Of a stretch of 64,000 nucleotides of DNA, positions 1-12,898 are shown piece after piece (the first letter of the stretch is position 1; every line of letters starts with the position of its first letter). The notes beneath the pieces are model-generated. The model saw only the letters and a list, made by a program, of their open reading frames with translations, searched no databases and was not told where the DNA came from. Made by a program: the position numbers and the translations under genes. The DNA is from Mobula hypostoma (lineage: Eukaryota). The stretch is taken from assembly GCF_963921235.1 (NCBI RefSeq), contig NC_086097.1, forward strand, positions 13,516,001-13,580,000, given 5' to 3'.

Positions 1-236
1 AGGGAGATCAGTGGGGAGGGATGGGGGGGACGAATGGACAAGGGAGTTGTGTAGGGAGCGATCCCTGCGGAATGCAGAGAGAGGCGGGGAGGGAAAGATA
101 TGCTAGTGGTGGGATCCCGTTGGAGGTGGCGGAAGTTACGGAGAATAATATGTTGGACCCGGAGGCTGGTGGGGTGGTAGGTGAGGACCAGGGGAACCCT
201 ATTCCTAGTGGGGTGGTGGGAGAGGCAGGTGGGTGG
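1..236 (-). mobile_element. Penelope-like element (PLE) ORF fragment
   Basis: Minus strand reads NRVPLVLTYHPTSLRVQHIILRNFRHLQRDPTT then (frameshift) SAFRRDRSLHNSLVHSS, the segment between RT and GIY-YIG in vertebrate PLEs; runs off the window start. Confidence 0.75.
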
Positions 237-941
237 AGATGAGTCCATGGCCAGATCAGCCATAATCTTATTGAAGGATGGAGCAGACTTGATGGGCCAG
301 ATGGCCTACTCCTGCTCTTATTTTTTATCTTCTTATGTTGTTTCAAGAGGACTAGAATATAAAAGCAAGGATGTAACGAAACACTGGCGAGGACTCACTG
401 GGAGTTTTGTGAGCAGTTTTGGGCCACTTATCTTAGAAAGGATGCACTGAAAGTAGAGTGGGTTAAAAGGAGGATCATGAAAATGATTCCAGGATTGAGT
501 GGCTTGTCATTTGAAGAGCGTTTGATGGCTCAGGGCCTGTATTCACTAGAATTCAAAAGAATGGGGTGGTGACCTTATTGAAAACTATCAAACCTGATAG
601 CTTGGACGTGGATGGGATGTTTCCTATGGTGGGAGAGTCTAGGATCAGAAGACAGAGACTCAAAATAGAGGAGCATCCTTTTAGAATGGATATGAGAAGG
701 TGTTTCTTTAGCCATATAGTGGTGAATTTGTGGAATTCCTTGCCACAAGCAGCTGTGGAGGCCAAGTCTTTATGTATATTTAAGGCAGAGGTTGATAGAT
801 TCTTGATTGGTCAGGTCATGAAGGGATACGGGGAGAAGGCAGGAGACTGGGGTTGAGAGAGAATTTGGTTCAGCCATGATGAAATTGTGGAGCATCCTCG
901 GGCCAAATTGTCTAATTCTGCTCCTATATCTTATGGTCTTA
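231..941 (+). mobile_element. CR1 LINE 3' fragments (one tail followed by a second 3' end)
   Basis: ORF 566-856 has the CR1 ORF2 C-terminus (RRCFFSHIVVNLWNSLPQAAVEAKSL); 3'UTR stem gatgggcc..ggccta and ttatggtcttat tail. Confidence 0.85.
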
Positions 942-942
942 T

Positions 943-1205
943 AGATACATGTTCCATAGGCCATTCTGGCACTTTGAGCCGAGCTGCCCAGCAGCCTCTG
1001 GTTTAACTCTAACCTAATTATGGGACAATTGACCAAGACCAATTAACCTCTCAAACAGGTACGTCTTTGGACAGTGGGGGGAAACCAAAGCACCTGGCGG
1101 AAACCCACACAGTCACGGGGAGAACGTATAAACTCCTTACAGATAGACAGAAGTTCAATCTGGGTTGCTGGTACTGTAAAGCGTTGTGTTAACCACTACA
1201 CCCCA
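943..1205 (-). mobile_element. tRNA-derived V-SINE (HE1-like)
   Basis: Minus strand has A-box tgtagtggttaa and the V-domain ggagttt..cgttctccccgtgactgtgtgggtttcc..ccaaagacgtac. Confidence 0.7.
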
Positions 1206-2469
1206 TCGAAACTAAATGGGTCTTTTGAATCTGATCAGTAAATGTCTTAGTTTTTATCAACAACAAACAATTGTCAGAACCTAGTGTGGTATCAATAGCA
1301 GACTGATCTCCAGAATGAAGGCGAGCAAAGATTTTCCAGGAGAATGCAGTAATTCCAAGTTGAGAGTCTTTCTCAGAATATCAGATCAAAGTTGTGGTCC
1401 TTGCACTTAAAATCCTTCCTCTCGGAGAATTGCTTCAGATCACCTGGTAACATTCCTTCCTGTCAACAATACATTTACGGAAGAATTCATTGTGAAAACT
1501 GTGTCAGTGAGTCAATCGATGACTGAGTTTGAGAATGAAATATTTGCCTTTATTGTTCCTGCTCCAGGACTCTGCGTGGAATTGAATATTTGGACGTATC
1601 TGCAGTTCACATTCCATGAAGCAGAATACAGTTGGCTTGAATCCAAATCCAAACTCTCTGCAAAAGCTCTTTCCACGCATGAAAGAGATTCAGGCATAAA
1701 ACCTTGCTGACCAAGGATCTCAAACTTATGAGGCAACATGACTGTGCCAGCTTCCTGTCCACAGGGAGCATCATATGAATGTGGAGCCACGATATTACGA
1801 TACATGCAGATCAATCATGATCTCATTTCATGGTGTGTGGTGGAACAATCTCAGAAGAGTTGAAAGGATTACTCTTTTCCTCAAATTACTTTGCACACAT
1901 GATTACAATGTGTGCACTTGGATGCATCCGACCCACTTCAACCTCCTCCAGCAATCCTGGAAAATCCCAATGGACTTGAAACAACTAGCTCCCAAATCTC
2001 ATTGGAAATTCAGTCATAAGGACACAGTGGGTTGCTGCGGAACTTAGACAAATATTATTAACTACTGGAATGCTGGACAGGTGGAGAAATTTTCAAAAGC
2101 CCAGAGCAACACACAATGTGCTGGAAGGACTCAATGGGTTGAGCTGTATCCATGGGAGGAAAGGAACTGTCGACTTTAAAGCCCTGCGTCAAGGCAGATC
2201 AGGATGCTGAGTGTCTCTGAAAGTTTCTGCACTTTTTTTAAAAGGCATCGACTGAAGATGCCGTGTGCACCATAGCCCCTTGCTAATGATGTAAAAATAA
2301 GTGAGTTAGCAAGTTGTGGAGAGAATACAAAGAGCCGACTCGAGGACGTGGATGAATTTATTGAGAGGACAAGGTGTCAGAAGACGGGGAAAGATGTAGG
2401 AGAGTAAGAGGTCATCCACTTCAGTGGAAGAGTGAAAAAGCAAATTATTATTTCAATGGCAAAAAAAAA

Positions 2470-2585
2470 GTACTGCCGATATTTCAGGCCGAGACCCTTC
2501 GGCAGGACTGGCCTTCAGAGTTCCTCCAGCATTTTGTGTGTGTCACGTGGACTTCCAGCATCTGCAGATTTTCTCTTGTTTGTGA
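2470..2585. mobile_element. Penelope pseudo-LTR fragments in inverted arrangement (decayed hammerhead motif)
   Basis: tttcaggccgagacccttcggcaggact joined to gagttcctccagcattttgtgtgt; same family as 19528, 22745 and 25161. Confidence 0.55.
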
Positions 2586-3109
2586 TTTATCTTTATTTCA
2601 ATGGTTCAATGGTTAAATTTTACATCAGAGAATGTAGTGCTTAATGACTCAACCTGAAATTCTTACTCTTCACAGACATCCATGAAACAGAAAAAACCCA
2701 AACAATGGATGTCAAAAATGGTAGAACATCAAACCTCCCTTCCCCCATGCACAAACAGCAGCAAAAGCATCAACCCTCCTCCATTCCCCCTCGCCCCACT
2801 TTCTCCAGCAAAAGCACTGACCCTCAATGTCACCCCCTTTCCACCATGCAAGCAATAGCAATCTCCCAAAGCAACCATGATATAGAGTCCATCAAAGAAC
2901 GACTGTCCATTCCAACGCTTTGACATACCTGACAGGCTCTCTCTCACTAGTGAGTGAGAGAGAGAGATATCGCTCCTGCCATAAACAAGAACAGGAGACC
3001 AGCTGCTCGCTGTTTCAATGTTACAATCTGCAGCGTATCTTGTCCAAGCCCCCCAAGCATGAGGACCAACAGACTTTCAATCACAATCAAGAGAGAGAAA
3101 GAGAGAGGT

Positions 3110-3825
3110 CTATTTAAATGGAATCAGACTAGAAAATGCTGAGATAAGATGGGACTTGGTGTTCTGCATACATGTAACATAGAGTTGATAATAAGGAAGA
3201 CAAATGCAGTATCATCATTCATTTTGAGGTGTCTAGAATATAAAAACAAAGACGTAATTCGGAGGGTCTAAAAAGCCTCATACCACACCTGGAACACTGC
3301 AAACAATTTTGAACTCTGTATCTATGGAAAGAGGTGGAGGCCCTGGAGAAGGTCCAGAGGAGGGACACGAGAATGATCCTGGGGGTGAAAGGTTTAACAT
3401 ACAATTAGTGTTTGATGGTTCAACATGCGCTCAGTGGGGTTCAGAATGATGAGGGGGGTAATCTCATTGAAACCTACGGACTATAAAAGGCCTGAATACA
3501 GTAAGCATGCCAAGGGTATCTTCATTAGTATTGAGTCTAAGATTTGAGGGCACATCCGCAGAATATAAGGACATCCCTTTAGAACTGAGGTAAGAGGAAT
3601 TTCTTCAGCCAGACAGTGGAGAATGTGTGGATATTGCAGCTACAGTGGGTTGTGGAGGCCAGTTCACAGGATGTATCTAAGGGCAGGGATTGATAGGTTT
3701 TTGATTGATGTAGGGTTAAGCCTTCTGGGAAGTAGGCAGGGGAACAGGGTTGAGAAATAAAAAGTCATGATTGAAAAGTGGACCAATCTTAATGGGCTGA
3801 ATGGCCTAATTCTACTTCCATATAT
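3110..3825 (+). mobile_element. Old CR1 LINE 3' fragment
   Basis: Decayed LEKVQRRxTRMIxG and RNFFSQxVxNxW segments and a CR1 3'UTR. Confidence 0.7.
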
Positions 3826-5600
3826 TGGACCACTGAACAATGATGCTGATAACTTAGTAATGGGGACAAAGAAATGGCAGATGAACTTAATGAGTACTTT
3901 GCATCAGTCTTCACAGTGGAAGACACTAGAAGTGTGCCAACCTTTCCGTGACTGTCAGGGAGTAGGAGTGAATGCCATTGTTATTACAAAAGAAGAAGTG
4001 CTAGGCAACCACAAAGCTCTTAAGATGGATAAGACAGCTGGACCAGATGGACTACATCCCAGAGTCTTGAGAGAGGTTGCTGAAGAGATAACAACTGTAT
4101 TGGTCATGATCTTTCAAGAATCACTTGATTCTGGCATGATCCCAGAGGACTGGGAAATTGCAAATGGCACTCCACTCTTTAAGAAGGGAGGAAGCAAAAG
4201 AAAGGAAGTTATAGGCCAGTTAGGCTAACCTCAGTGGCTGGGAAAGTGTTGGATTATATTACTATGGAAGAAGTTTCAGGGTACTTGGAGACTAATGATA
4301 AAATAAATCAAGGTCAGCATGGTTTATGAAAACGGAAATCTTGTCTGACAAATCTGTTCCTCGAGTAAGTAACAAGCAAGGTGGACAAAGAGAGGCAGAG
4401 GATATCATTTACTTGGATTTTCAAAAGGCATTTGACAAGGAACCACAAATCAGGCTGCTTAACAAGATAAAATCCTATGGTATTATAGGAAAGATACTGG
4501 CATGGATAAGGGAATGACTGACAGGCAGGAGGAAGCGAGTAGGAATAAAGGGGTTTTCTGGTTGGATGCTAGTGACTAGTGGTGTTCCTTAGGGGTCAGT
4601 ATTGGGACCGCTACATTTCATATTGTCTGTCAATGATTTGGATAATGGAATTGATTGCTTTGTGGCAAAGTTTGTGGATGATACAAAGATAGGTGGATGG
4701 GTAGGTAGTGCTGAGGAAGCAATGCGATTTCAGCAGGACAAACAAATTAGAAGAATGAACAAAAATGGCAGATGGAATACAGTGTTGGGAAATGAGTGAT
4801 AACACATTTTGGTAAAAGGAACAATAGTGCAGATATTATTTAAATGGGGAGAAATTTCAAACATCAGAGGTGCAGAGGGACTTAGGAGTCCTCCTGCAAG
4901 CCCCAGAAGGTTCATTTACAGGCTGAGCCTGTGGTAAAGAAGGCAAATGGAATGTTTGGCATTTATTTCAAGCGGAATAGAATATAAAAGCAGAGAGATA
5001 ATGCTGAGGATTTATAAGACACTAGCCAGGCTGCATTTGGAGTATTGTCAACAGGTTTGGGCCCCATATCTCAGAAAAGATGTGTTGTCATTGAAGAGAG
5101 TCCAGCGGAGGTTCACAAGGATTATTCTGGGAATGAAGGGGTTAACATACGAGAAAAGTTTGGCAGCTTTGGGACTGTATTGACTGAAATTTAGAAGAAT
5201 GTGAGGGGATCACATGGAAACCTATTGAATGTAGAAAGGACTTGATAAGGTGGATGTGGAGAAAATGTTTCCTATGGTCGGGGTAGCCAGAACTAGAGGG
5301 CACAGTCCCAAAATTGAGGGGCCATCTTTTAGAACAGAAGTGAGGAGGAAATTTTTTAGCCAAGAAGTGGTAAATCAGTGGAATGCTCTGCCACTGACTG
5401 TGGTGGAGGCCAAGTCCAAGGGAATATTTAAGGCGGAAGTTGATAGTTTCCTGATTGGTCAGGGCATCAAAGGATATGGCAAGAAGGCAGATGTACGGGG
5501 TTGAGTGGGATCCAGGATCAGCCATGATGGAATAGCGAAGCAGACTTGATGGGCTGAGTGGCCTAATTCTGTTACGTCTTATGGTTTATGGTCTTGTGGT
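3826..5600 (+). mobile_element. 5'-truncated CR1 LINE (ORF2 RT pseudogene)
   Basis: GPDGLHPRVLREVAEEI, IYLDFQKAFDK, KFVDDTKIGG, LEYCQQVWAPY, RRKFFSQEVVNQWNALP spread across frameshifted ORFs; ttatggt tail. Confidence 0.92.
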
Positions 5601-6089
5601 CTCAGTAGGGAAAGTAATGAGGGGAGTTTATTTGGCCTTAATTGCCAATAGTGCGAAATAATAAAGTAGGAAAGTTTTCACGCTATTTTACAGAGAAATG
5701 CTGAGACTGGAATTGCAGGACTTCATAGTATCACATACAAAATATTGAAGGAACTGAGTATGTCAGGCAGCATTTATGGGAATGAATAAAGAGTTGATGG
5801 CTCAGGTCGAGACCCTTCATCAGGACTTGATGGAATTAAGACTTGGAGGACTTCATACAGTTTTTTGGTTTCATGTTCTCTACACTGAAATTGTGAAGGT
5901 TGTGTCATTGAATATACTCAAGGCAAAGGAGAACTGGCATTGGAACTGAAAGAGAATCAGAGGGCATGGCGACAGTACAGGAAGGTAGCCATGATGGTGA
6001 CTGGCTCTGAAGCCAAGCAAGCTCAGAGAAAACTCACTCGGCTGCTCTCTCTCTCTCTCTCTCTCATCACCTTGCACCACTTCGAGACC

Positions 6090-6756
6090 GATGTGAACCC
6101 ACTGAAAGCATCCAGCTCAAATGGGGTGCTGGCTGAGCACTAAAGATCGGTGCTGGTTACCTGGCTGGAGTGCTCACCAATATCTTTAACCCCTTGCTTC
6201 AGCAGTCTCAGGTATCCACCTGCTTCAAACATGTTTCAATTATACCGGTGCCTAAGAAAAACGTGGTAACCTGCCTGAATGACTATCGTCCAGTAGCACT
6301 TACATCCACTGTGATGAAGTGCTTTGAGAGGCTCGTGTTGAAACATATCAATTCCTGCCTGGGAAAAGACTTGGATTGGCTCCAGTTTGCTTATCCGCAG
6401 AATGTACCATCTCATTGACTCTTCACTCAACTCTAGAACATCTGGATGCAAGGTGCATACATCAGGATGATTTTTATTGAAGACGGCTCAGCATTCAATA
6501 CTATCATCCCCTCAAAACTAATCAATAAGCTTCAAGACCCTGGCCTCAATACCTCCTTGTATAATTGGATCCTTGATTTCCTGACTTGCAGACCTCAGTC
6601 AGTTCAGATTGACAACATCTTCTCCACAATTTCCATCAGCACAGGTGCACACAAGGCTGTCTGCTTAGCCCCCCGCTCTACTCACTTTACACTTCTGACT
6701 GTGAGGCTAAGCACAGCTCCAATGTGATATTTAAGTTTTCTGATGATACCGCTGTC
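6090..6756 (+). mobile_element. Rex1/Babar-type LINE RT fragment, left part (split by Gypsy insertion)
   Basis: [44 protein letters not shown]; ends KFSDDTAV at the LTR junction. Confidence 0.85.
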
Positions 6757-7249
6757 TGTCAGTACCTTCAGTTGAACTTTGTCTTTTTCTGTGTTTCTCC
6801 CTAGCTATCAGTCTGTGGTTTTGTATTGCTATGTGTTCCTGTCCCCACTCCTGCTCTACTCCGGCCCCTGTATTACTGAGTACTGCATCTCTCACCTGCT
6901 TCTCATTTTTACCTGTATTGCTGCCACCTGTGTCTCATTGTGCTCCACCTATCACCTGCCTCTCTGTTTATTCTCAGTGTATTTCAGTCCTGTGTTTTCA
7001 CCTGTTTGTTGTTAGATTGTGCCAGTGAGTTTTCCTGAGCCTTTCCAACATTTGTATCTGAACTCTGTCTGAACAAATATTGACTCTGCCTGTTTCCTGA
7101 TTCTGGTTTTTGGATTTCTCTGGATGTTTTGATATCTGCCTGAACTTTGATACTGACTTTGTTTGCATCTTGGAATTTGTTACTCAATTAGTATCACTGT
7201 GTGCACAGTTCTGGGTCTGTGATTGGATCCCTGCTTCAGTGCCCTGACA
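6757..7249 (+). repeat. 5' LTR
   Basis: Starts tgtcagtacc, ends gccctgaca; aligns with 11498-11985 (7 differences in the first 60 bp counted by eye). Confidence 0.95.
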
Positions 7250-7261
7250 GTACAATCTGGC
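7250..7261 (+). promoter_or_regulatory. Self-complementary primer-binding site (Tf1/sushi type)
   Basis: gtacaatctggc directly follows the LTR, lacks the TGG of a tRNA PBS, and pairs with LTR sequence gccagattgtgc (11751-11762) and gttagattgtgc (7011-7022). Confidence 0.75.
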
Positions 7262-7265
7262 CAGA

Positions 7266-8254
7266 ATGGATTCACGAGACCCTGGTCTTCTGAGAGCTGC
7301 CCTGGAACAACAGGGAGTGATACTAAGGAGACAGCAGAACCAGTTGGACTCTGTGTTCAAGGCAGTGGAGTTGCTTTCTGCCAATATAGCTGATCTTGTA
7401 GCCCAGACTCAGTCACTCCATCTGTCCCAGAGTGCCCATCAACATTCTGCAACTGCAACTTCTGCCCTGCCCCCTGTGTCCTCGTATGTTCCTCCTGTCC
7501 AAGAGCCCTGTCTGCCTCCTCCAGAAAAGTACTCAGGTGTGCCTGGTACCCTGCTGCTTTTTCTTTCCCAGTGCACCCTCATTTTTGAATTACAGCCAAC
7601 AACGTTTCTGACTGATCGAGCCAGGGTAGCCTACATCATCACCCAACTGTCCGGTTGGGTGAGAGAATGGGGAATAGCTGTCTGGGAGGCAGGCTCCCCT
7701 TTTTGCAGTAGTTTTCAGTTATTTTCCAAGGAGATGAGAAAAGTGTTTGCTCCAAACATGGGAGAGAGGCTGCCAGTGAAATGCTGCACATGCACCAGGG
7801 GTGCAGATCTGTGTCAGATTATGCCATAGAGTTCCAGACCCTAGCCACCTGCAGTGGCTGGAACTCAGAGGCATAGTATGACATCTTCCTGAATGGCCTC
7901 TCTGAAGACATCAAAGATGAGCTGGTCAACCAGGACCTTCCTGCCACCTTTGAAGCCCTGGTGGATTTGGCCATCCGTATTGATGTTCACCTCCAGCAGC
8001 ACTGCAGAGGGAGGGGTTCCAGAGGGTGCCTAGGGGCACTGGGTGAGTTCCAAACTTCTCATCAGTCTACATTGCCCTACCATTTGCCTCCATCTACAAT
8101 TCCTGTTCCAGGGCTCGAGGCTATGTGTGTTGATCGTACCCGCCTGACGCCAACTGAAAGACAAAGGAGAATCAGCACCCGCTCCTGTCTGTACTGTGGC
8201 CAACCAGACCACTTCATCTCCACCTGCCCAGTAAAAGCCAGTGCTCACCAGTAG
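7266..8254 (+). pseudogene. gag: gag (frameshifted) with CCHC zinc knuckle
   Basis: PPPEKYSG, RARVAYIITQLSG, and CLYCGQPDHFISTC; broken between ORFs 7266-7829 and 7961-8254. Confidence 0.9.
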
Positions 8255-11200
8255 GACAAGGAGTACTGGTGAGCGTGACCCCTGTCTGACACTTCTCGAC
8301 GCACTCACTCTCATACCTGCTTCTCTGGAGTGGGGCGGCCAACGGCGAGCACTCTCCGTCTTGGCTGATTCTGGTGCAGAGGGGTGTTTCCTCGATTCCG
8401 GCTTGGCTGCCCAGTGGGGACTACCCACATCTGCTTTCCAGTCACCATTGATGGCCAACGCCTTGAATAGTCAGTGACTGGCTAACATCACCCATGCCAT
8501 GGCCCTGGTGAGTCTCAGTTTATCCAGCAACCATCACGAACAGTTAACCCTTTGTTATTGACTCTCCTCAAGCTCCCATTGTCCTGAACCATCCCTGGTT
8601 AGTTAAACACAACCCCCACATTGACTGGCTTATTCGCAAGATTGTAGGCTGGAGCACACTCTGTCACTCCCACTGCCTCCACCACGTTCAGATCCCCTTG
8701 TCTCCAAGACCAGATCACCTCCACCCCACCCCAAGGAATTTCTGGACCTTAATGCCATCCCTCCTGAATACATGGAACTCAAAGCTGTGTTCAGCAAGTC
8801 CCTGGCCACTTCCCTACTGCCTCATCATCCATATGATTGTGCCATTGACCTCTTGCCTGACACATCTCCCCCAAGGGGCTGCCTGTATTCCCTGTCTGTA
8901 CCTGAAACAGACGCCATGAGTAAGTACATTCAAGAGTCTCTGGCTGCAGGTATCATCGGGCCGTCTTCCTCCCCTGCTGGTGCCGGTTTTCACTTTGTTG
9001 AACAGAAGGACGGCTCCTTGCGTCCGTGCATTGATTACTGGGGACTGAATGAAGTCACTGTTAAGAACTGTTGCGCTCTTCCACTCATGACCTCTGCATT
9101 TGGACTACTGCAAGGAGCCTCACTTTTCACCAAGCTTGATCTCCATAATGCCTACCACCTTGTCTGCATCTGCGACGGGGACGAGTGAAAGACGGCCTTC
9201 AACGCCACCTCAGGCCATTACGAGTAACTGGTCACGTCATTCAATCTCATTAATGTCCCTGCCATCTTCCAAGCCCTGGTAAATGACGTTCTCAGGGATA
9301 TACTGAACCAATTTGATTTTGTGTATCTCGATGTCATTTTGTTTTTTTTCTCTAAGACCCTTGCTGAACACACAGGTCGTGTCCGCAGAGTTCTCCAGCG
9401 CCTTCTGGAGAACCAACTCTTCGTGAAGGTTGAGAAATGTGAGTTTCATCACAATACCGTCTCCCTCCTGGAGTATGTAATTTCAGGTGGTTCCATTCAG
9501 ATGGACCAACACAAGGTCTAGGCAGTGGTCGAATGGCCCCAACCTGCAACTCATTGGGAGTTGCAACACTTCTTGGGCTTTGCTAACTTCTATCACTGCT
9601 TCATCAGAAATTACAGTACACTGGCTGCACCACTCACTGCCCTTACCTCATCTGCTGTCAGATTCTCTCGGTCCCTTGCTGCTGAAAAAACATTCTCTGA
9701 CCTGAAGGAATGTTTCACCTCTGCCCCCATCCTGATTCAACCTGACACCGACCAGCAGCTCCTTGTGGAGGTGGATGCGTCTGACATTGGCGTAGGAACT
9801 GTTCTTGCTCAGCACTCGGCCAAGGATGAGAAGGTACACCCCTGTGCCTTCTCTCACCGCCTCACTCCCACAGAGTGGAATTACGATGTTGGAAGCCGGG
9901 AGCTGCTGGCTGTGAAGCTAGCTCTGGAGGAGTGGAGGCATTGGCTGGAGGAAGCCAAGGTGCCATTCTTAGTCTGGACTGAATACAAGAATCTGGAATA
10001 TATCCGTACGGCCAAGTGTCTCAACTCCCGTCAAGCTCATTGGTCCCTTTTTTTCTCAAGATTAATTTTACTCTGTCCTTCGGCCCCAGTTCCAAGAATG
10101 GAAAACCTAATGCCCTCTCCTGAAGATTTCCCTCCTCTGAGACTCCTGAGGTCCCCGAAGTGAACAGGGAGGATGACAATCTTGTGGGTGCAGCACAATG
10201 GGACATTGTGCAAGCTTCTCAACAGAACAAGGCAGGCCCTATCAATGCCCCACTAACTGTGTTTATGTTCCCAGCTCTGTCCGTTCACAGGTATTGCAGT
10301 GGCCTCATTCTTCCTGGTTATCCTGTCACCCTGGAACCAAGCGTACTCAGGCCTTCATCAATCGGCGGTTCTGGTGGCCCTCCATGGGAGATGACATCCG
10401 CAACTTTGTCTCAACCTGCTCAGTCTATTCTCAAGGCAAGAACTCTAACTGGTCACCCGCTGGTCTGTTACAACTCCTGTCTATCCCCAAGAAACCCTGG
10501 TCCCACTTTGCCCTGGATTTTGTCACCAATCTTCCCATCAGATGATAACACCATCATTCTCAAAGTAGTTGATCGTTTCTCCAAGTCTGTACACTTCATT
10601 CCCTTACCTAAACTCCCCTCGGCCAAAGAAGCAGCCAGATTACTAGTACTGCATGTTTTTAAATTACATGGTTTACCTGTAGGTGTTGTATCAGACAGGG
10701 CTCTCAATTCACATCCAGCTTCTGGAGGACATTCTGTAATCTTCTGGGTGCCTCTGAGTCTGTCTTTAGGACTTCACCCACAGACCAATGGCCAGACCGA
10801 GCAGGTCAACCAACAGCCAGAGACGGTATTTTGGTGTCTGGTCTCTTAGAACCCTTCCGCGTGGAGTCAACAGCTACCCTGGGCTGAATACACCATAAAC
10901 TCTCATCCGTCCTCTTCCACCGGTCTGTCCCCCTTCGAGTGCTGCCTTGGCTACCAATCTCCACTGTTTTCTGCCCAGGAGGAGGAGTTTGTTGTTCTAT
11001 CTGCTGAGGCATTCATCCACCGTTGTCAGCGGACGTGGAGACACACTCACTCTGCCCTTCTCCGTGCCTCTGCTAAGATCAAGGACCAAGCATCAAGCTG
11101 ATCGCCATCGCTCCAAAACCCCTTTTTACCACCCAGGACAGCATGTGTAGCTTTCAACCCAAGACCTGCCCCTCCAGGTGGATTCCCGCAAGCTCACCCC

Positions 11201-11497
11201 TCGCTTCATCGGCCCCTTTCCCACTGCTAAAGTCATCAGCCCTGCTGCTGTCCATCTCAAGTTCTCCACCACTCTCCGCCACATTCATCCCACCTTCCAT
11301 GTGCCCTGCATCAAGGCTTTTATGAGCCCCCTCCCACCCCACACTCATCGATGGGTCAGCGGCCTTCACAGTGCATCAACTGCTGGACATTTGTCACCGT
11401 GGCCTCCAGTACCTTGTGGACTGGGAGGGCTACAATCCTGAGGAGAGGTGCTGGGTCCCCTCCCGTAACATCCTAGACCCCCTCTCATCAGGGACTT
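8241..11497 (+). pseudogene. pol: pol: protease-RT-RNaseH-integrase-chromodomain (many stops and frameshifts)
   Basis: LADSGAEG (PR); [26 protein letters not shown] (RT); [22 protein letters not shown] (RNaseH); HPG..FWWP..C..(IN Zn finger), [19 protein letters not shown] (IN); [17 protein letters not shown] (chromodomain). Confidence 0.93.
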
Positions 11498-11985
11498 TCA
11501 GTACCTCCAGTTGAACTTTGTCTTTTTGTGTATTTTCCCCCAGCCATCAGTCTGTGGTTTTGTATTGGCATGTGCTCCTGTCCCCATTCCTGCTCTACTC
11601 CGGCCCCTGTATTACTGAGTACTGTGTCTCCCATTTGCTTCTCATTATTACCTGTATTGCTGCCACCTGTGTCTCATTGTGCTCCACCTATCATCTGCCT
11701 CTCTGTTCATTGCTCAGTGTATTTCAGTCCTGTGTTTTCACCTGTTTGTTGCCAGATTGTGCTAGTGAGTTTTCCTGAGCCTTTCCAGTGTTCGTATCTG
11801 AACTGTCTGTCTGAATATCGACTCTGCTTGTTTCCCAGTTCTGGTTTTTGGACTTCTCTGGATGTTTTGATATCTGCCTGAACTTTGACGCTGACTTTGT
11901 TTGCACCTTGGGATTTGTTACTCAATTGATATCACTGTGAAGTGTACTGGATCTGCAATTAGATCCCTGCTCTAGCGCCCTGACA
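11498..11985 (+). repeat. 3' LTR (5' TG and PPT missing)
   Basis: tcagtacctccagttgaactttg ... gccctgaca followed by the TSD ctgtc. Confidence 0.93.
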
Positions 11986-12830
11986 CTGTCATTGGCCAAA
12001 TGAACATTGGTGGAATCAGTGTATTGGAAGGAGACTGAATTTGGCTGAGTGGTGCCACAACAACCCCTCACTCAATGTTAACATGATCAAGGAGCTGATT
12101 ATTAACTTCAGGAGTAGGAAACTAGAGATCCATCAGCCAGTCCTCATCAGGTAATCAGAGGTGGAAACTTTAATTTCCTCTGTTATCATTTCAGAGGATC
12201 TGTCCTGGGCTCAACAAATGTGCAATTATGAGAAAACATGACGGTCCTTTACTTCCTTAGGAATTTGCAAAGATTGGGCACAATATCTAGAACTTTGATA
12301 AACTTCTTAAGATGTGTGGCGGAGAGTATTTTGACTGTTTGCTTCATAGCCTGGTGTGGAATATTCAATGCCCTTGAATAGAAAATCCTACAAAATGTGA
12401 TGGCTGTAGCCCAATCCATTGGGTGCTGTCACAAGAAAGCAGCATCCATCATCAAAGTACCCAGGCCATGCTCTTTTCTTGCTGCTGCCATCAAAAAGAA
12501 GGTACAGGGGACTTGCACCACCAGGATTAGGAACAATTATTACCCCTCAACCATCAGGCTCTTGGATCAGAGGAGGCAATTTCACTCACTGTACCACTGA
12601 ACTATTCCCACAGCCAAATGACTCACTTTAAAGGACTCTTCATCTCATGTTATCTATATTTATTGCTTATTTATTTTTTCTTTTGTACTTACACAGTTTG
12701 TCATTTGCACATTGAGTGTTTGTCCATCTTTCGTTGATTCTGTTGTGTTCCTTCAGTTTACTATGTATGCCCACCAGAAAAACTCAAGGTACTTTGATTA
12801 TAAGTTTATTTTTGAACTTTGAAACTTTGA
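11986..12830 (+). mobile_element. Rex1/Babar-type LINE, right part and 3' tail
   Basis: Continues the host frame (..V-IGQ), WCHNN.L.LNV, HALFxLLPS; (tttgaac)n-like tail. Confidence 0.85.
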
Positions 12831-12898
12831 AATAAATCTCATTAAATTGAGCAGGTAATTAAAAAAACAAATTCTGGACCAAGTATAGCATTGATTGG

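Larger units (their letters stand above)
6757..11985 (+). mobile_element. Ty3/Gypsy chromovirus (sushi/Tf1 group) LTR retrotransposon, decayed
   Basis: Two ~490-bp LTRs, outer ends TGTCA..TGACA, perfect CTGTC TSD (6752-6756 and 11986-11990), gag and pol domains in Gypsy order, C-terminal chromodomain. Confidence 0.96.

Noticed and set aside
1205..2060. Unique-looking segment with 72-100 aa ORFs
   Set aside because: No recognisable motif or consistent splice signals; stops in all frames nearby
7266..11497. Domesticated PEG10/RTL-like gene
   Set aside because: LTRs and TSD are retained and gag/pol carry many stops and frameshifts, so this is a dead retrotransposon copy
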